Assembly (NCBI RefSeq): GCF_006345805.1 | Contig: NC_043010.1 | Location: 8,494,001 to 8,558,000 of the forward strand | DNA from: Octopus sinensis | Lineage: Eukaryota | DNA: 64,000 bases | Reading direction: 5' to 3' | Shown here: positions 62,172 to 64,000 of the stretch, piece after piece | How positions within the stretch are numbered: position 1 is the first letter of the stretch | Layout of the letters: every line of letters begins with the position of its first letter | Program-made: the position numbers and the translations under genes | The notes under the pieces: model-generated | Database searches by the model: none | What the model was told of the DNA's origin: nothing | The model's input: only the letters and a program-made list of their open reading frames with translations

Positions 62172-62776
62172 ATGTATATATATGCATGTATGTAAATGTA
62201 TTGATATATATGTGTGTGTGTATACATATATACATGCATGCATGTATATGCGTATATTTGTACGCATGTGTGTTTGTATAGGCACGGACACATATATACG
62301 CATAGTTGTATATTTCTGTATAAATACACACGTGCACACATACATGCCTCCCCCCCCCACATTATACACATACATGCAAATATACACACACTATTGCGCA
62401 GACATATAAATGAAACAAATACGTGTGTGTGGGGGGGGCGGTGTATATGCATATGTGTACACATGTGTGGGTCCACATATATCATAAGTACATCCCATAA
62501 AATACACAGATGTACACACCCATCCACCCACTCCACACATCCATCACACATGTAAACATATATATTTATTCATATCTATAATGTATTATTTATTATTCCA
62601 GACTTATATGAAGCCAATGTGTACATTAGATACTGTATACCTTCTGATGTCGTGCAGCCAGCTTCTCATCAAATGCTTTTGACTCAGTGATATTCTATTC
62701 TAACTTGAGTCACTTTAACCAAGAATGCCTCTGTATGCTTTCCCATATAAATCGATCATATGCATGTTTGTGTGTA

Positions 62777-62808
<32 letters not shown>

Positions 62809-62814
62809 TGTGTA

Positions 62815-62852
<38 letters not shown>

Positions 62853-63125
62853 GTATATTTAAGTAGGTATTGCTGTGTGATTGAGAAGATGGCACCACAA
62901 CCATAAAGTCTAGGGGGGTTGCTTCTATTGCACTGTATGGCACCTGAGGTATATCTTATCTAGCTAATGTCATGTGAGTGGATTTGGTAGACAGAACCTG
63001 AAGGAATATTTCTTTGCCCATCATACATATGTGTATATGCAAGCATGCACACACACACACATATATATATATATGTATATATATATATGTGTGTGTGTAT
63101 GTGTGTGTGTGTGTGTGTGTGTGTA

Positions 63126-63370
63126 TACTCTTTACTCTCTTTTATTCTTTTACTTGTTTCAGTCATTTGACTGTAGCCATGCTGGAGCACTGCCTTTTAG
63201 TCGAGCAAATCGATCCTAGGACTTATTCCTTGTAAGCCTAGTACTTATTCTATTGGTCTCTTTCACCAAACTGCTAAGTTACAGGGGATGTCAACACACC
63301 AGCATTGGTTGTCAGTGATGTCAGGGGTGGGGGACAAACGCAGACACACAAACATATACACACACACATA
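63126..63370 (-). mobile_element. SINE family A, 3' half
   Basis: Matches family consensus. Confidence 0.85.
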
Positions 63371-63464
63371 CATATGAAGCTCCTTCTATAAAATAAATTA
63401 GTTTACTCTGCTATGTATTGAGTACCTTATTTACTGTGGTTAACCCCGACTCAACCCGGGACCT

Positions 63465-63518
<54 letters not shown>

Positions 63519-63555
63519 GGAGAACAAAGTGTACATACGCCGCTATATATATATA

Positions 63556-63780
63556 TAAAAAATACAAAATGGGACAAGAACACAAAACATCCAAATAGAC
63601 AATGCAAAAATCACGGACGGGTCACTCGAAGCCTCTAATCTTCAGTCAAGAATCGAATCATCCTCGCAATTTCGGCTGATTAATCTTGGGATTGCTCCAA
63701 TCTGGCCAGCCCCAAGGAAAAACTAAGCTAAGAGCATTAGATTCCTTGGAAAAAGGATTGAATGTTTATGAAATAAGGAC
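63556..63780 (+). repeat. Interspersed family P3
   Basis: Colinear with 56481-56649. Confidence 0.75.
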
Positions 63781-63804
63781 AGAAAAATGGATGATATTAT
63801 ATAT

Positions 63805-63968
63805 ATATACATATACACGATGGGTTTCTTTCAGTTTCTGTCTACCAAATCTACTCACAAGGCTTTGGTCAGCCCGAGGCTATAGTAGAAGACACTTGCC
63901 CAAGGTGCCATGCAGTGGGACTGAACCCGGAATCATGTGGTTGGTAAGCAAGCTACTTACCACACAGC
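63805..63968 (-). mobile_element. SINE family A, 5' half
   Basis: Head and first domain match consensus. Confidence 0.88.
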
Positions 63969-64000
63969 CAATTAATTGCTAGAAGTGCCAACATTGCTAG

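Noticed and set aside
3555-63982. Recurring 60-130-aa ORFs (MSSNARG..., MLGGQTQ..., MTTDAGV...)
   Set aside because: All are translations of SINE family A copies; frames and stops differ between copies.
1-64000. Intact autonomous transposon, viral insert or prokaryote-type defence system
   Set aside because: All RT, endonuclease and transposase matches are short truncated fragments with stops or frameshifts; no operon-like or long non-repetitive ORF exists.

Overview
Very AT-rich, microsatellite-saturated animal genomic DNA. The repeat families match what I recall of coleoid cephalopod (Octopus) genomes, but this is inference and was not searched. There is no intact protein-coding gene, no rRNA, no true tRNA gene and no CRISPR array. 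Nearly all supplied ORFs are artefacts of simple repeats or SINE sequence. The window is an intron/intergenic mosaic: about 20 copies of one tRNA-derived SINE (family A), about 9 of a second (family B), CORE-like, RTE-tailed and other SINEs, decayed LINE 3' ends (RTE x3, CR1/L2-group x2, Tx1/L1-like, R4/Dong-like), mariner/Tc1, hAT and piggyBac-type MITEs, several hairpins, a ~0.78-kb inverted duplication and a 2-kb minisatellite. The best candidate for new biology is a set of small Penelope-like (PLE) retroelements carrying minimal type-I hammerhead ribozyme folds. One has a tRNA(Arg)-like head, an (AAT)n tract and a hammerhead tail, i.e. a possible PLE-mobilised, ribozyme-bearing SINE. One has a compensatory G3-C8 core swap and a 17-bp TSD. 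One has a U4C core. The window also shows SINE-LINE 3'-tail partnerships, TSD-flanked SINE dimers, LINEs inserted in the AAT tract of that SINE, and closely spaced inverted SINE pairs. A few small exon-like segments exist but do not assemble into a recognisable gene. Coordinates were read by eye and may be off by a few bases.
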